DNA of 64,000 nt. Origin: Antedon mediterranea. Its lineage: Eukaryota > Animalia > Echinodermata. Made by a program: the position numbers and the translations under genes. A model generated the notes under the pieces. It did not search any database and was not told where the DNA came from. It saw only the letters and a list, made by a program, of their open reading frames with translations. The stretch spans positions 9,446,101-9,510,100 of the forward strand of contig NC_092677.1 of assembly GCF_964355755.1 (NCBI RefSeq), written 5' to 3'. Positions 63,838 to 64,000 of this stretch are shown here, in pieces (positions within the stretch are counted from its first letter, which is position 1; the number at the start of each line of letters is the position of its first letter).

Positions 63838-64000
63838 CTTTACCATCAGAACTGAAGATAACTCTAAAATACCGCAAAAAGGAAGTGAAGTGTGTCGACG
63901 TAGATATCAGCAACGGGTTTCGTGTTGGCTATGGCGTCGTTCTAGATACCAGCAACGTGTTGACGTTTCCCACTGTGTGCGTTCCTAACATCCAGAACGA
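63838..64000 (+). CDS. Gene 3 exon 2: start of IRF-association domain (3' truncated by window)
   Basis: TTACATAG| phase 1; ALPSELKITLKYRKKEVKCVDVDISNGFRVGYG...LTFP..VPNIQN resembles IAD N-termini (IRF5/6-type LP.TDL.IKF.YRG...GCRLFY) and starts at the same intron position as IRF exon 8. Confidence 0.75.

Overview
AT-rich, intron-containing animal genomic DNA. It is probably from an invertebrate deuterostome; the repeat families and abundant TAGGCCTA suggest an echinoderm, but this is inference. From left to right the window holds: (1) the last two coding exons of SLC7A6OS/IWR1; (2) about 34 kb of non-coding DNA with minisatellites, MITEs, a nested pair of 9-bp-TSD foldback elements, LINE ends, a tRNA-Thr-like element and several NF-kB/STAT/IRF motif clusters; (3) a complete 9-coding-exon IRF4/8-like interferon regulatory factor (637 aa, DBD + IAD); (4) a ~12-kb satellite built from palindromic modules; (5) two further same-strand IRF paralogues that keep the IRF-association domain (IAD) but have no DNA-binding domain. 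One is IAD + coiled coil (303 aa). The other is an acidic low-complexity region + IAD that runs off the window end. Each has its own TATA-type promoter and an in-frame stop upstream of its ATG. This full-IRF plus DBD-less-IRF cluster is the best candidate for an undescribed system. All gene models were built by hand from splice sites and reading frames; no database search was run.
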